The notes below the pieces were generated by a model. The model did not search any database. It was not told the DNA's origin and worked only from the letters and a program-made list of their open reading frames with translations. A DNA stretch of 64,000 nucleotides from an uncultured Candidatus Saccharibacteria bacterium (GTDB lineage Bacteria > Patescibacteriota > Minisyncoccia > Phycocordibacterales > UBA918). Shown piece after piece: positions 44,935 to 55,782 of this stretch. The DNA is taken from positions 71,658 through 135,657 of the forward strand of contig CAZRNZ010000001.1 in NCBI GenBank assembly GCA_964601615.1. The letters run 5' to 3'. Each line of letters starts with the position of its first letter. The stretch's first letter is position 1. A program made the translations under genes and the position numbers.

Positions 44935-47900
44935 TTAGTTAGTCTCCTCAGAAACTGACTTAATCATGTCGTACTTTCTTGATCCCTTGAATCCAGAACC
45001 AGCTGGAATTAGGCGACCAATAATAACGTTTTCCATTAAGCCAGAAAGAGTATCCTTACTTCCCTTCACTGCAGCGTTAATCAAAACACGAGTTGTGTTC
45101 TGGAATGATGCGGCAGATAGGAATGACTTACGTGAAAGTGAAGTCTCGGTAATACCAAGGATAAGTTTATCAGCCTTAGCAGTTTCCTTTCCTTCATCCT
45201 TAAGTTTCATGTTTGCTTCTGCAAAGATCCACTCTTCTATTACTTCACCGATTGTAAAGTTAGAATCACCAGTTTCAGTAATCTTAACTCGACTCATCAT
45301 CTGCTTAACGATAAGTTCTATGTGCTTACGAGCGATGGTTACACCCTGAAGTTCATAAATCTTGTTAATTTCAGAAATGATGTAATCCTGAGTCATTTCA
45401 CGTCCACCGTACTTAAACAATTCTGGCAAGTGAGCAGAACCGTCAGTCATAAGTTGGCCTGGATAAATTGTGTCGCCAATAGAAACTGTCACAACACGAC
45501 GGTAGCTAACTTCGTACTCTAGATTATCAGAAGTCTTCTTAGCGTACTTAGCACCCTTTTCTGGAGTAACTACGATTACCTTCTCGCGTCCTTCACGACG
45601 AATGTCAGTAACAATACCGCCTGTCTTAGACACGATAGCCGGAATCTTTGGCTGACGTTTTTCAAATACTTCTTCTACACGAGGAAGACCCTGGGTTACG
45701 TCTCCACCAACTGACGCGGCACCTCCGGCATGCTTAGTGTTCATCGTAAGCTGAGTACCTGGCTCACCAATCGCTTGAGCAGCCACTGTACCTACAGCTT
45801 CTCCTATATCAACAACTTGATTAGTCGTAAGGTCGTGTCCATAACACTGCTGACAAACTCCACGCAAGGTTGCACAAGTCATTGGAGAGCGTACTACTAC
45901 AGATGCAGCAGTAGATCCTTCAAGAGCAATAGCGTCGCGACGTGATAGTAGATGTCCTTTCTTGAATAGAACGTTACCCTTTGTATCAACAGCATCTTCT
46001 GCTAGTACGCGGCCCTTAATTGCCTTTGAGAAAGCAATCTCGATACCAGAAGCAGAAATACGACTGATCTGAGTTCCGTTCTTAGTCTTACAATCAGCTT
46101 CAGTAACGATAGCGTCCTGTGCAACCACGAAGAGACGACGAGTCAAGTAACCAGCCTTTGCCGTCTGCAAAGCGGTGTCGGCTAGACCTTTACGAGAACC
46201 GTGAGTAGTAATGAAGTACTCAAGTGGTGTCATACCTTCCTTCATAGAAGATAGAACTGGGAACTCAAGTGTCTCACCACGAGTGTTTACAATAAGACCC
46301 TTCATACCAGCCATCTGACCGATTTGTCCAAGAGAACCACGAGCACCAGACTTCCACATTTCAAAAGCAGAACCGTTTTCGTCTAGAGTCTCAGGAAGGA
46401 TTCCTTCTAGCTCGCTCTTAGCTTGGTGCCAGATTTCTACAATCATACGACGACGTTCATCACGAGAGATAAGTCCTTCGTCAAAGTGAGCGAATACTTC
46501 TAGTTCGCGATTACGAGCCTTAGTAATGATTTCAGGCTTCTTCTCAGGAACAACCACTTCATTGATTCCCCAAGTTGTACCTGATTGAGTAGCATAAGTG
46601 AAACCAAACTTCTTCAAGCGGTCAACAATCGGAGGTACAGCGTCTGTTCCTCGGTCATCGATAATATCAATAATGATATTGAACAAAGTCTTTTGCACAA
46701 TAACATCGTTGATGAAATCATAATCACTTGGAAGTACACTGTTGAATAGTAGACGACCTACTGATGTTTCAAACAACTTCCCTTCGTATTGCTTGTATTT
46801 TGGTGTATCAGTAGCAAGAACTTTAATCTTGGCACGGAAATCAACTATACCGTAATCGTAAGCGTTGATGGCATCGTTTGGTGATGAGAAGAACTTTCCT
46901 TCACCTTTAGCACCTTCAATAGTCTTAGTCATCCAGTAAGCACCAAGAGCCATGTCTAGTAGCTTTTCAGAAACTACCGGCTCAGATGAACCTGGCTTTA
47001 GAATGTTCTTGTTAGCAGAAATAATTTCCTTTGCTTCAAGTTGAGCTTCTTCTGAAAGTGGTACGTGAACAGCCATCTGGTCACCGTCGAAGTCGGCGTT
47101 GAAAGCGCGACAAACTAGTGGGTGAACCTGAATAGCATTACCTTCAATAAGTACCGGACGGAAAGCCTGGATACCCTGACGGTGAAGAGTTGGAGCACGG
47201 TTTAGAAGTACGTGCTTGTTACGAATAACATCTTCTAGAATTGCCCAAACTTCTGGAACCCCGTCTTCGATAAGACGACCAGCTCCGCGAATGTTGTAAG
47301 CAAGTTCTTGCTTCAAGAGTTCAGATATGATGAATGGACGGAACAATTCCAGTGCCATGTGTTTTGGTAGACCACATTGATCAAGATCAAGGTCTGGACC
47401 AATAACAATCACTGAACGTCCAGAATAGTCCACACGCTTACCAAGAAGATTTTGACGGAAGTAACCCTGCTTGCTCTTTAGGTAGTCAGAAAGTGACTTC
47501 AAAGGACGACGTTGTGCCTGACTCATCATTGAGTAAGCACTATTGCCGTGACGGATTGAGTTATCAATCAAAGCATCCACAGCTTCTTGCAAGATACGCT
47601 TTTCGTTACGCAAGATAACGTCTGGCGCCATGATGTCGATAAGCTTCTTTAGGCGGTTGTTTCGGTTGATAACACGACGATAAAGATCGTTTAGATCTGA
47701 AGAAGCGTGACGTCCACCTTCAAGAGCAACCATCGGTCGAAGTGCTGGAGGGATAACTGGTAGACGATTTAGGAACATCCATTCAGGGCGAACACCTGAG
47801 TTAACCATTCCCCTTACTAGACCAAGACGCTTATCAAGCTTTGCTCGTTCAAGAGCACCAGCTTTTTCACGCTGTTCTTCTAGGCGGTTTTGTAGTTCCT

Positions 47901-48627
47901 TAAGATCAATTTGCTTGAATAGTTCAAACACGCTTTCAGCACCAATCTTGGCTTCAAAAAGAGTTCCGTACTTGATAGAAAACTTGTGATATTTGTTTTC
48001 ATCAAGAACTGTCCCCTGCTGCACAGAGTTAATTTCTTTCTTAACAGCATCCATTCTTTCCTTAAGTTCAGCCAAAGCATTTTCGTTTGAAAGCTCTTTT
48101 GACTTAACTTTGAATTCAGTACTCAGCTCAGCAAGTAAACGAGCTCTTTCTGATTCAGAAACTTTAGTAACGATATATCCAGCGAAGTAGATAACCTTTT
48201 CGATATCTGCTGCTGAGATTCCCAAAATAAGGGCGATACGTGAAGGAACTCCACGCAAGAACCAAATGTGAGATACTGGTACACAAAGCTCAATGTGTCC
48301 CATGCGTTCACGACGAACGATAGCGCGAGTAATTTCTACTCCACACTTCTCACAAGTAATTCCCTTGTAACGGATACCACGGTATTTCTTACAAGAACAT
48401 TCGTAGTCCTCAACTGGACCGAAGATTCTTTCGTCGAATAGGCCATGCTTTTCTGGACGTTGAGTTCGATAGTTGATGGTTTCTGGCTTAGTTACCTCAC
48501 CGAAAGACCAGTCAAGGATTTTATCTGGACTAGCTAGCTTCAAAGATATTTCAGAGAAAGCTTTTTGTGCTCCGCCTTTGCGTGGTGCAAATCCACGGTC
48601 ACGCTTTGTTTTGTTTTCTGTTTCCAT
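44935..48627 (-). CDS. rpoC: DNA-directed RNA polymerase subunit beta'
   Basis: 1230 aa; zinc-binding CxxC...[13 protein letters not shown] catalytic motif. Confidence 0.95.
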   Translation of the reverse strand: METENKTKRDRGFAPRKGGAQKAFSEISLKLASPDKILDWSFGEVTKPETINYRTQRPEKHGLFDERIFGPVEDYECSCKKYRGIRYKGITCEKCGVEITRAIVRRERMGHIELCVPVSHIWFLRGVPSRIALILGISAADIEKVIYFAGYIVTKVSESERARLLAELSTEFKVKSKELSNENALAELKERMDAVKKEINSVQQGTVLDENKYHKFSIKYGTLFEAKIGAESVFELFKQIDLKELQNRLEEQREKAGALERAKLDKRLGLVRGMVNSGVRPEWMFLNRLPVIPPALRPMVALEGGRHASSDLNDLYRRVINRNNRLKKLIDIMAPDVILRNEKRILQEAVDALIDNSIRHGNSAYSMMSQAQRRPLKSLSDYLKSKQGYFRQNLLGKRVDYSGRSVIVIGPDLDLDQCGLPKHMALELFRPFIISELLKQELAYNIRGAGRLIEDGVPEVWAILEDVIRNKHVLLNRAPTLHRQGIQAFRPVLIEGNAIQVHPLVCRAFNADFDGDQMAVHVPLSEEAQLEAKEIISANKNILKPGSSEPVVSEKLLDMALGAYWMTKTIEGAKGEGKFFSSPNDAINAYDYGIVDFRAKIKVLATDTPKYKQYEGKLFETSVGRLLFNSVLPSDYDFINDVIVQKTLFNIIIDIIDDRGTDAVPPIVDRLKKFGFTYATQSGTTWGINEVVVPEKKPEIITKARNRELEVFAHFDEGLISRDERRRMIVEIWHQAKSELEGILPETLDENGSAFEMWKSGARGSLGQIGQMAGMKGLIVNTRGETLEFPVLSSMKEGMTPLEYFITTHGSRKGLADTALQTAKAGYLTRRLFVVAQDAIVTEADCKTKNGTQISRISASGIEIAFSKAIKGRVLAEDAVDTKGNVLFKKGHLLSRRDAIALEGSTAASVVVRSPMTCATLRGVCQQCYGHDLTTNQVVDIGEAVGTVAAQAIGEPGTQLTMNTKHAGGAASVGGDVTQGLPRVEEVFEKRQPKIPAIVSKTGGIVTDIRREGREKVIVVTPEKGAKYAKKTSDNLEYEVSYRRVVTVSIGDTIYPGQLMTDGSAHLPELFKYGGREMTQDYIISEINKIYELQGVTIARKHIELIVKQMMSRVKITETGDSNFTIGEVIEEWIFAEANMKLKDEGKETAKADKLILGITETSLSRKSFLSAASFQNTTRVLINAAVKGSKDTLSGLMENVIIGRLIPAGSGFKGSRKYDMIKSVSEETN

Positions 48628-48648
48628 AATTAATTTGTGAGGTAACTA

Positions 48649-51600
48649 TTAATCTTCATCAGCATCATTTCTTGATAAATCGACATCAAGTGACAATCCA
48701 CGAAGCTGATTTACTAACACGTTGAAAGCGGCCGGTGTGTGTGGATGACTAATTCTTTCGCCACGAACAATCGCATCGAAAGCTGCTGAACGACCAACAA
48801 TGTCGTCAGACTTGATAGTTAACATTTCGCGTAGGGTGTAGGCAGCTCCATAACCAAGAAGTGCCCATACTTCCATCTCTCCAAATCTTTGACCTCCCAC
48901 CTGTGCTTTACCACCAAGTGGCTGTTGAGTAATAAGTGAGTAGGGTCCAATTGAACGCATATGAATCTTGTCTTCAACCATGTGATGAAGTTTCAAGATG
49001 TACATGTATCCAACTGCTGTTTTCTTAGCAAATTCTTCTCCTGTACGTCCATCACGAAGTTGGATCTTTCCATCTTCTGGAAGACCAGCAGCTACTAGTT
49101 CTGCCTTAACGTCGTCTTCAGTTGCGCCTGAGAATGGTGGAACAACAGCTTGGTAACCAAGTGTGTTTGCAGCCATACCAAGGTGAAGCTCAAGAATCTG
49201 ACCAAGGTTCATACGAGAAGGAACACCAAGTGGAGTCAAGATAACATCAACTGGGCGACCATCTTCTGTAAATGGCATATCTTCTTCTGGAAGAATGCGA
49301 GAGATAACTCCCTTGTTTCCGTGACGACCAGCAAGCTTGTCACCAACTGAAACGTTACGAACCTGAGCTACAGTAATGTGGATACGCTTGATAACTCCGC
49401 TCTCTAGATGATCACCTGCTTCGCGAGAGAATACCTTTACACCAATAACACGTCCACGCTTTCCTGCTTCAAGTCGAAGTGAAGTGTCCTTAACATCCTT
49501 AGCTTTTTCACCAAAGATAGAACGAAGCAAACGCTCTTCTGGAGAAAGTTGGGTTTCTCCCTTTGGAGTAACTTTACCGATAAGAATATCGCCAGGACGA
49601 ACTTCAGCACCAATACGGATGATACCGTTTTCATCTAGGTTACGTAGTTTAAGTTCAGATACGTTTGGAATATCTGGAGTTGTTACTTCAGGTCCAAGTT
49701 TTGTATCACGTACAGCTACATCAAACTCTTCAATATGAACTGTTGAGAACTTACTTTCTTTTACAAGACGTTCAGAAATAATAATCGCGTCTTCGTAGTT
49801 GGCACCAGACCAACTCATGAAAGCAACAAGGGCATTTTGACCTACAGCAATCTGACCATTATCTGTTGATGATGTGTCAGCCAACAAATCTCCGCGCTTT
49901 ACCTTGTCACCAACTGTAACAGCTGGGCGATGATTGAAAGCTGAGAAATCGTTTGTTCTCTGAAGTGGAGTAAGTGTGTATGAGCGATTCTTGCCCTCCT
50001 TGTTTTTAACAACGATGTGCTTTGAATCACACTCAACAACTTCACCAGCTTCATGAGCGATGATTACACGAGCAGTGTCGGCAGCTACCATCTTCTCTAT
50101 ACCTGTCGCTACCAAAGGAGCTTCAGGAATAAGACAAGGTGTTGCCTGCTTCTGCATGTTTGAACCCATCAGAGTACGGTTGGCATCGTCGTGGTTCAAG
50201 AAAGGAATCATTGAAGTTGCTACAGAGAAAGCCTGGTTGGTAGCAATGTCCATATAGTGAACTTCTTTTTTGTCGATAGTTAGAGGTTCACCGTGCTTAC
50301 GACAGTCAACATAATCAGATTTGATTTTACCGCTCGCATCAACTTCAATCGCTGCGTGTGCAATGTTGAAGTTTTCTTCTTCGTGAGCATTTAGGTAAAC
50401 AATCTCACCAGTCACAACTCCCTTTTCTACCTTAGCGTAAGGAGTTTCGATAATACCAAAACGGTTTACACGAGCGTACATTGATAGACGCAAGATAAGA
50501 CCGATGTTTGGTCCTTCTGGAGTATGGATTGGACAAAGACGTCCATAGTGAGATGTGTGAACGTCACGTACATCGAAACCAGCTCTTTCACGAGTAAGAC
50601 CGCCGGGTCCAAGTGCTGAAAGAGTACGAAGGCCTTCCAATTCTGCCAAGATGTTCTGCTGAGGCATGAACTGTGACAACTGGTTGGTAGTGAAGAACTC
50701 CTTAATAGCTGCTTGAAGTGGACGTGGGTTGATGATTTGCATCGGAAGTGATGTTTCGGCCTCGATAGTAGACATTCTGTCCTGAATGTTTCTCTTCATA
50801 CGAGTCATACCAACGCGAACGCGCTGAATCATCATTTCACCGAAGTAACGCACACGACGGAATCCAAGGTGGTCAATATCGTCTGGAAGTGCGTCTGGAG
50901 TGTGGTTTTGCTCAATTATGTGGGTAGTGATAATGCGCAAATCCTCAAGAGAAACAGTTCTCTCATCTGTTGCCTTCTTGTCCAAAGGACGATTGAAGCG
51001 CTCGTTAAAGTGATGACGACCAATTTCAGAAAGGTCGTAACGTTCTGGAGTGAAAATTGAATCAACGAACTCACGAGCATTGTCGATTGTTGCCAAGTCA
51101 CCGTCACGCAAACGTTTGTAGATTTCTAGGTAAGATTCATCGGTAGATTTTGCTGTATCTTTCGCAATAGTTGCTTTGATACATTCTTCTGCATTCTCTA
51201 CTCCCTTAACCAAAGCAAGCATTTGCTCTTCTGTCTCAGCACCAAGAACACGTAGAAGTGAAGAAAGTGGGAACTTTTTCTTACGATCAATTTTTACATA
51301 GATAACATTATCTGCTTCAGATTCGATTTCAATCCAAGCACCACGAGCAGGAATTATCTTTGCTCCAAAGTGAGTCTTCCCCTTGCTTTCAGAAGCGGTG
51401 AAGAAGATTCCGTATGAACGAGCAAGTTGAGGCACGATAACACGCTCCACACCGTTGATGATGAAGGTTCCGTGCTCAGTCATTACAGGAATATCGGTCA
51501 AGAAAATCTCTTGATCTTTTTCGCTATCGAAAGACTTATTCTTTAAAATAATGTTAGCTCTAAGTGGAGCTTCGTAAGTAAGTTTATTTTCCTTAGCGAA

Positions 51601-51861
51601 TTCCGGAGTTGTTTTTGGTTGTCCAACTTCGTAATTTTTGAAGACTAATTCAAACTTCTTTTCTGAATAGTCAGCAATTGGTGAAAATTCTTTAAAAACT
51701 TCTCCAATAGCTTTTTCTACAAACCACTTGTAAGACTCAAGTTGTGGTTCGATAAGGTTTGGTACTGGTACCAATGGCTCACGGAATTTAGAAAAAACCT
51801 TTGGCGGCAATGAGCCGATAGATTTTCCCTCGTGAACGGCGCTTTTTAGCTGTTTCTCCAT
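48649..51861 (-). CDS. rpoB: DNA-directed RNA polymerase subunit beta
   Basis: 1070 aa; conserved rpoB blocks. A 21-nt spacer separates it from rpoC. Confidence 0.95.
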   Translation of the reverse strand: MEKQLKSAVHEGKSIGSLPPKVFSKFREPLVPVPNLIEPQLESYKWFVEKAIGEVFKEFSPIADYSEKKFELVFKNYEVGQPKTTPEFAKENKLTYEAPLRANIILKNKSFDSEKDQEIFLTDIPVMTEHGTFIINGVERVIVPQLARSYGIFFTASESKGKTHFGAKIIPARGAWIEIESEADNVIYVKIDRKKKFPLSSLLRVLGAETEEQMLALVKGVENAEECIKATIAKDTAKSTDESYLEIYKRLRDGDLATIDNAREFVDSIFTPERYDLSEIGRHHFNERFNRPLDKKATDERTVSLEDLRIITTHIIEQNHTPDALPDDIDHLGFRRVRYFGEMMIQRVRVGMTRMKRNIQDRMSTIEAETSLPMQIINPRPLQAAIKEFFTTNQLSQFMPQQNILAELEGLRTLSALGPGGLTRERAGFDVRDVHTSHYGRLCPIHTPEGPNIGLILRLSMYARVNRFGIIETPYAKVEKGVVTGEIVYLNAHEEENFNIAHAAIEVDASGKIKSDYVDCRKHGEPLTIDKKEVHYMDIATNQAFSVATSMIPFLNHDDANRTLMGSNMQKQATPCLIPEAPLVATGIEKMVAADTARVIIAHEAGEVVECDSKHIVVKNKEGKNRSYTLTPLQRTNDFSAFNHRPAVTVGDKVKRGDLLADTSSTDNGQIAVGQNALVAFMSWSGANYEDAIIISERLVKESKFSTVHIEEFDVAVRDTKLGPEVTTPDIPNVSELKLRNLDENGIIRIGAEVRPGDILIGKVTPKGETQLSPEERLLRSIFGEKAKDVKDTSLRLEAGKRGRVIGVKVFSREAGDHLESGVIKRIHITVAQVRNVSVGDKLAGRHGNKGVISRILPEEDMPFTEDGRPVDVILTPLGVPSRMNLGQILELHLGMAANTLGYQAVVPPFSGATEDDVKAELVAAGLPEDGKIQLRDGRTGEEFAKKTAVGYMYILKLHHMVEDKIHMRSIGPYSLITQQPLGGKAQVGGQRFGEMEVWALLGYGAAYTLREMLTIKSDDIVGRSAAFDAIVRGERISHPHTPAAFNVLVNQLRGLSLDVDLSRNDADED

Positions 51862-52084
51862 TACGTTTACTTATTAATACCCACAAATACGAAAAAATCG
51901 ACGCAGAAGCGCCCTTTGTCATAATTTGCGGTTACACTATTAAAATTTGCATTACACTTTCGTGTTTACCCACCTAGAGATTTGGCTGGCTGACAACCGC
52001 AACACATTCACCACCAAATCACAAGTGCGCATAACTTACCATAAAAATGGTTATTTTGCAATATATCCCCGTGGATAAATTTTA

Positions 52085-52750
52085 TTATTCTCCACGTTGT
52101 TTTTCGATTTCTTTGTGGTTTCCACTGAGATAAACTTCTGGGACTTTATAAGTCTTTCCTTTGTGTTTAAAAGTTTCTGGGCGTGTGTACATTTCACCGC
52201 TTGAGACCCTCTGGTCTTCAAGAGATTCAAAGGTGCCGAGTACACCAGGTATTTCCCTACTCACTGCATCAATTATAGTGAGGGCCGGAAGTTCTCCACC
52301 AGTTAATACAAAATTTCCTACTGATATTTCTTCAGCCTCAAGGATTTCTTTGACGCGAGAATCGATCCCCTCGTACCTCCCAGAAATCAGTACCAAATTG
52401 TCGTATGTGGTAGCGAATTCTTTGGCAACAGATTGATCAAACATTCTGCCGCGTGGAGACATAATGATGGTTTTTACACCTTTTTTCTTTCTACCCACAG
52501 CTTTATTCCAAGCTTTCAAAACTGGCTCTGCTTTCATTACCATTCCCGGCCCTCCACCGTATGGGCGGTCGTCGACTTTTTTATGTTTGTCGTCTGAATA
52601 ATCTCGGGGATTAAAATATGAAACTGAGATTTTTTTGCCGCGTACTTTTGCTCCTTTACCCTTTTCGGTTTTTTGAGCACGACCAATCACACTGGCGTCT
52701 GTGTACGCTTGGCAGATTTCTGGGAAAAGTGTGATGACGTGGAAGTTCAT
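52085..52750 (-). CDS. trmD: tRNA (guanine37-N1)-methyltransferase
   Basis: NPRDYSDDKHKKVDDRPYGGGPGMVM and the SPOUT knot region. Confidence 0.9.
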   Translation of the reverse strand: MNFHVITLFPEICQAYTDASVIGRAQKTEKGKGAKVRGKKISVSYFNPRDYSDDKHKKVDDRPYGGGPGMVMKAEPVLKAWNKAVGRKKKGVKTIIMSPRGRMFDQSVAKEFATTYDNLVLISGRYEGIDSRVKEILEAEEISVGNFVLTGGELPALTIIDAVSREIPGVLGTFESLEDQRVSSGEMYTRPETFKHKGKTYKVPEVYLSGNHKEIEKQRGE

Positions 52751-52772
52751 AGGATTAGCTTATAGTGAAAGG

Positions 52773-52812
52773 TTGATATAAACAAGAGTGGGCGGAACCG
52801 AAGGTTCCGCCC
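52773..52812. terminator. hairpin AGAGTGGGCGGAACC-GAA-GGTTCCGCCCACTCTTTT
   Basis: 15-bp arms with a GAA loop, between the KH gene and trmD. Confidence 0.7.
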
Positions 52813-52830
52813 ACTCTTTTATTCGACAAT

Positions 52831-53175
52831 TTAGATTTTCAGGTCGTCGATAGCTTGGTCTAGAGATTTAGACTCATTAGAAGAATTTTCTTCTGTTAAA
52901 GATGAGGTTTGCTCATGATTTACTCGTCCACCTTCTGGTTCGTTAATTTTTAGGTTAACGCGAGCATCATGCTTCATTCCAACTACACGCAATAGAGTAC
53001 GGATAGCCTTGGCAGTATTGCCAGAGCGACCAATTATTTTACCCATATCGTCAGCGTGTACATCGAGTGTCAAAAGTACTCCCATTTCATCCACTGTGCG
53101 ATTAGTTCTTACCGCTTCAGGATGATCAACCAAGGCCTTCACTAGAGTCTCCAAAAATTGCTGGTCTTCTTGCAT
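52831..53175 (-). CDS. KH-domain RNA-binding protein (KhpA/YlqC-like)
   Basis: MGKIIGRSGNTAKAIRTLL matches the GxxG KH motif. Confidence 0.75.
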   Translation of the reverse strand: MQEDQQFLETLVKALVDHPEAVRTNRTVDEMGVLLTLDVHADDMGKIIGRSGNTAKAIRTLLRVVGMKHDARVNLKINEPEGGRVNHEQTSSLTEENSSNESKSLDQAIDDLKI

Positions 53176-53282
53176 ATTATAATTTTAGTTTCCGATTAAT
53201 TCCAAATGCAGCCGATTACAAATCGTTGCTATATAAATGATAGCAGTTGTCCTGTGTCACGCAATAAAGACGTGTGGGTTAC

Positions 53283-53708
53283 TTAAGCCGGAGTTTCCTC
53301 TGATGGAGTTTCTGTAGCAGGTGTTTCTTCTGCTGGAGTTTCAGCTGCAGCTTTTGCTGCTTCTTCAGCCTCTTTGGCAGCAGCTTCCGCAGCAGCCTTA
53401 GCTTCGGCTTCCGCCTTTAGCTTTGCTTCGTCAATGATAGGAGATTTCTTTGGAAGAACGTTTACCTTCTTTCCTTCAATAACCTTTCTTGAAACCAATA
53501 GGTTGTGAACAGTTGGTGAAGTTTGAACTCCCTTAGAAATCCAACTCTTTACCTTTTCAGAATCAACTTCAAAGCTATTCATCTTAGCGTTGTAAGAACC
53601 AATTTGGTCGATATGACGATTGCTTTTTGGGCCTGTACGAGAATCTGTAACAACCACGCGGTAAGACGGGTCGTTTTTACGTCCAATTCTCTGTAATCTC
53701 ATCTTTAA
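53283..53708 (-). CDS. rpsP: 30S ribosomal protein S16 with an Ala/Glu/Lys-rich C-terminal extension
   Basis: MLKMRLQRIGRKNDPSYRVVVTDSRTGPKSNRHIDQIGSYNAK... The start is most likely at the MLKMRL Met; the track ORF begins 13 codons upstream. Confidence 0.85.
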   Translation of the reverse strand, partial: LKMRLQRIGRKNDPSYRVVVTDSRTGPKSNRHIDQIGSYNAKMNSFEVDSEKVKSWISKGVQTSPTVHNLLVSRKVIEGKKVNVLPKKSPIIDEAKLKAEAEAKAAAEAAAKEAEEAAKAAAETPAEETPATETPSEETPA

Positions 53709-53807
53709 CATAATTGCGCACAAAGATAACAAATTAGCGGTATTTGTCAAATTATGTTACGGTACACGGTATCATTTATGTCAAATAAAACTTACGAAGG
53801 AGTGCTG

Positions 53808-55712
53808 ATGGTGCGTGGAAAAGGCACTGGATTTATCAAGTTTCCTGATTTTGAGGAAGATATAATCATCGCTCCAGAGAAACTAAATTTCGCTCTAGAT
53901 AGCGATGTTGTGGAGTTTGAGATTCTAGAAAAGAACAAAGATGGTCGTCATGAGGGACGTGTCGTGCGAGTTATTGAATCTGCTCGTGAAGAGTTCATCG
54001 GAACTGTGAAAGAAAAGTTTGGTCGTGGTGCTAAGGATTATTATTTCCAGCCTGACAATAAGCGTATTCATGTCCGTTTTTCTCTTAAGTCAGAAGATGC
54101 TGATAAGCTTGGTATGAAGGTTGTGGCTAAGATTGCGCGTTGGAGTGATTCTACTCGTGATCCTCTTGGAGTAATTACTGAAGTTATTGGAAAAGCTGGC
54201 GAACATGAGGTTGAGATGCAGGCGATTATTCGTAGCGGTGGTTTCTCCGAAAATTTTCCTGCTTCAGTTGCAGAAGCGGCTCAAAAACTTTATACAGATA
54301 AAGAGGTTATATTTGCTGAAGCTATAAAAGACCCTAAGCGTCGCGATATGCGAGATGTCACTACTTTTACTATTGACCCGAAGGATGCTAAGGACTTCGA
54401 CGACGCTCTTTCGTTTCAAGTTTTAGAAAATGGCAATATTGAAATCGGCGTTCATATTGCTGATGTGTCACATTATGTTCGTGAAGGAGATGATATTGAT
54501 AAAGAGGCGCAAGATCGGGCTACTTCTATTTATTTGGTAGATAGAGTAATTCCGATGTTGCCAGAGGTTTTGTCTAATGACCTTTGTTCTCTTCGTCCTA
54601 ACGAAGACAGACTTTCTTTTTCAGCTGTTTTTGAGATGACAAAAAATGCCGAAGTTGTAGGCGAATGGTATGGCCAGACTGTCATTCATTCAAACCGCCG
54701 TTTTACTTACGAAGATGCACAAGAAATTATTACAAATAATTCTGGTGATTATCTAGCAGAGTTAAATGAGATGATGAGACTCTCTCGTATTATTCGCAAA
54801 AATAGATTTGAAGAAGGAGCGATTGCTTTTGAGCAACCAGAAGTAAAGTTTGAGTTGGATGAGACTGGTAAACCAATTCGTGTTTATACCAAGGAGCGCA
54901 CTGAGACAATGATGATGATTGAGGACTTTATGCTTCTGGCTAACCAGAGTGTTGCTACCTATGTTCATAAAAAAACTAAAGCCAAAGGCAAAGATGCTGT
55001 TTATGTTTATCGTATTCACGATGTACCTGATCCAGAAAGAATCGAAGATCTTGCGGTATTTATTCGAGCACTTGGTTATGAATTTAAAACTGAGGGAGGA
55101 ATTGTTGATGCGCGCGATATAAATAAGATGTTAAAAAGTATCGAAGGTAAGCCTGAAGAGGCGCTGATTAAAACTGCCACAATTCGTTCAATGGCAAAGG
55201 CTATTTATTCCACCAAGAATATTGGACACTTTGGTTTGGCGTTTAAATTTTATGCGCACTTTACTTCCCCAATTCGTCGTTATCCTGATGTGATGGCACA
55301 CAGACTCCTACGTCGTCATCTAGATGACTCACATATTTCTGGACAGGAAATTGCCAAGTTTGAAAAAATGTCTGAACATTCTTCTCAGAGAGAAATGGAA
55401 GCTGTTCGTGCTGAAAGAGATAGTATTAAGTACAAACAAGTTGAATTCATGTTGCCAAAACTTGGTCAAGAATTTGATGGAACAATTTCTGGTGTAAGTG
55501 ATTGGGGTATTTATGTAGAAGAAAAAGAATCTCGTGCAGAAGGAATGGTGAGACTTTCTTCAATGAAAGATGACTTCTATGAACACTTGGCTGCCGCATA
55601 TTCTATTAAAGGTCAAAGAAACGGCAAGGTATTCCGACTTGGAGATAAGGTTCGATTTAAGATTGTTCGTGCTGACTTAGAAGAAAGACAGATGGATTAC
55701 GAGTTGATTTAA
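53808..55712 (+). CDS. rnr: ribonuclease R (RNase II family; CSD-RNB-S1)
   Basis: GAAGGAG RBS before ATG 53808 (MVRGKGTGFIKF). RNB motifs HFGLA...YAHFTSPIRRYPD. C-terminal S1. Confidence 0.85.
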   Translation: MVRGKGTGFIKFPDFEEDIIIAPEKLNFALDSDVVEFEILEKNKDGRHEGRVVRVIESAREEFIGTVKEKFGRGAKDYYFQPDNKRIHVRFSLKSEDADKLGMKVVAKIARWSDSTRDPLGVITEVIGKAGEHEVEMQAIIRSGGFSENFPASVAEAAQKLYTDKEVIFAEAIKDPKRRDMRDVTTFTIDPKDAKDFDDALSFQVLENGNIEIGVHIADVSHYVREGDDIDKEAQDRATSIYLVDRVIPMLPEVLSNDLCSLRPNEDRLSFSAVFEMTKNAEVVGEWYGQTVIHSNRRFTYEDAQEIITNNSGDYLAELNEMMRLSRIIRKNRFEEGAIAFEQPEVKFELDETGKPIRVYTKERTETMMMIEDFMLLANQSVATYVHKKTKAKGKDAVYVYRIHDVPDPERIEDLAVFIRALGYEFKTEGGIVDARDINKMLKSIEGKPEEALIKTATIRSMAKAIYSTKNIGHFGLAFKFYAHFTSPIRRYPDVMAHRLLRRHLDDSHISGQEIAKFEKMSEHSSQREMEAVRAERDSIKYKQVEFMLPKLGQEFDGTISGVSDWGIYVEEKESRAEGMVRLSSMKDDFYEHLAAAYSIKGQRNGKVFRLGDKVRFKIVRADLEERQMDYELI

Positions 55713-55740
55713 GTCTTGGATAGAGGGATTTAAATAACAA

Positions 55741-55772
55741 AAGTGCGGCGCCTTCGGCGCCGCACTTTTGTT
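55741..55772. terminator. bidirectional terminator AAAGTGCGGCGCC-TTC-GGCGCCGCACTTTT
   Basis: 12-bp GC stem between rnr and smc. Confidence 0.8.
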
Positions 55773-55782
55773 ATTTAGAATT

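Noticed and set aside
44935-51861. Numerous 60-130-aa antisense or out-of-frame ORFs inside rpoC, rpoB, dnaE, smc, the sigma-70 tail and the acidic 566-aa gene
   Set aside because: They lie within long, well-supported conserved coding sequences. Repetitive codon composition generates long alternative-frame ORFs, and there is no independent support for any of them.
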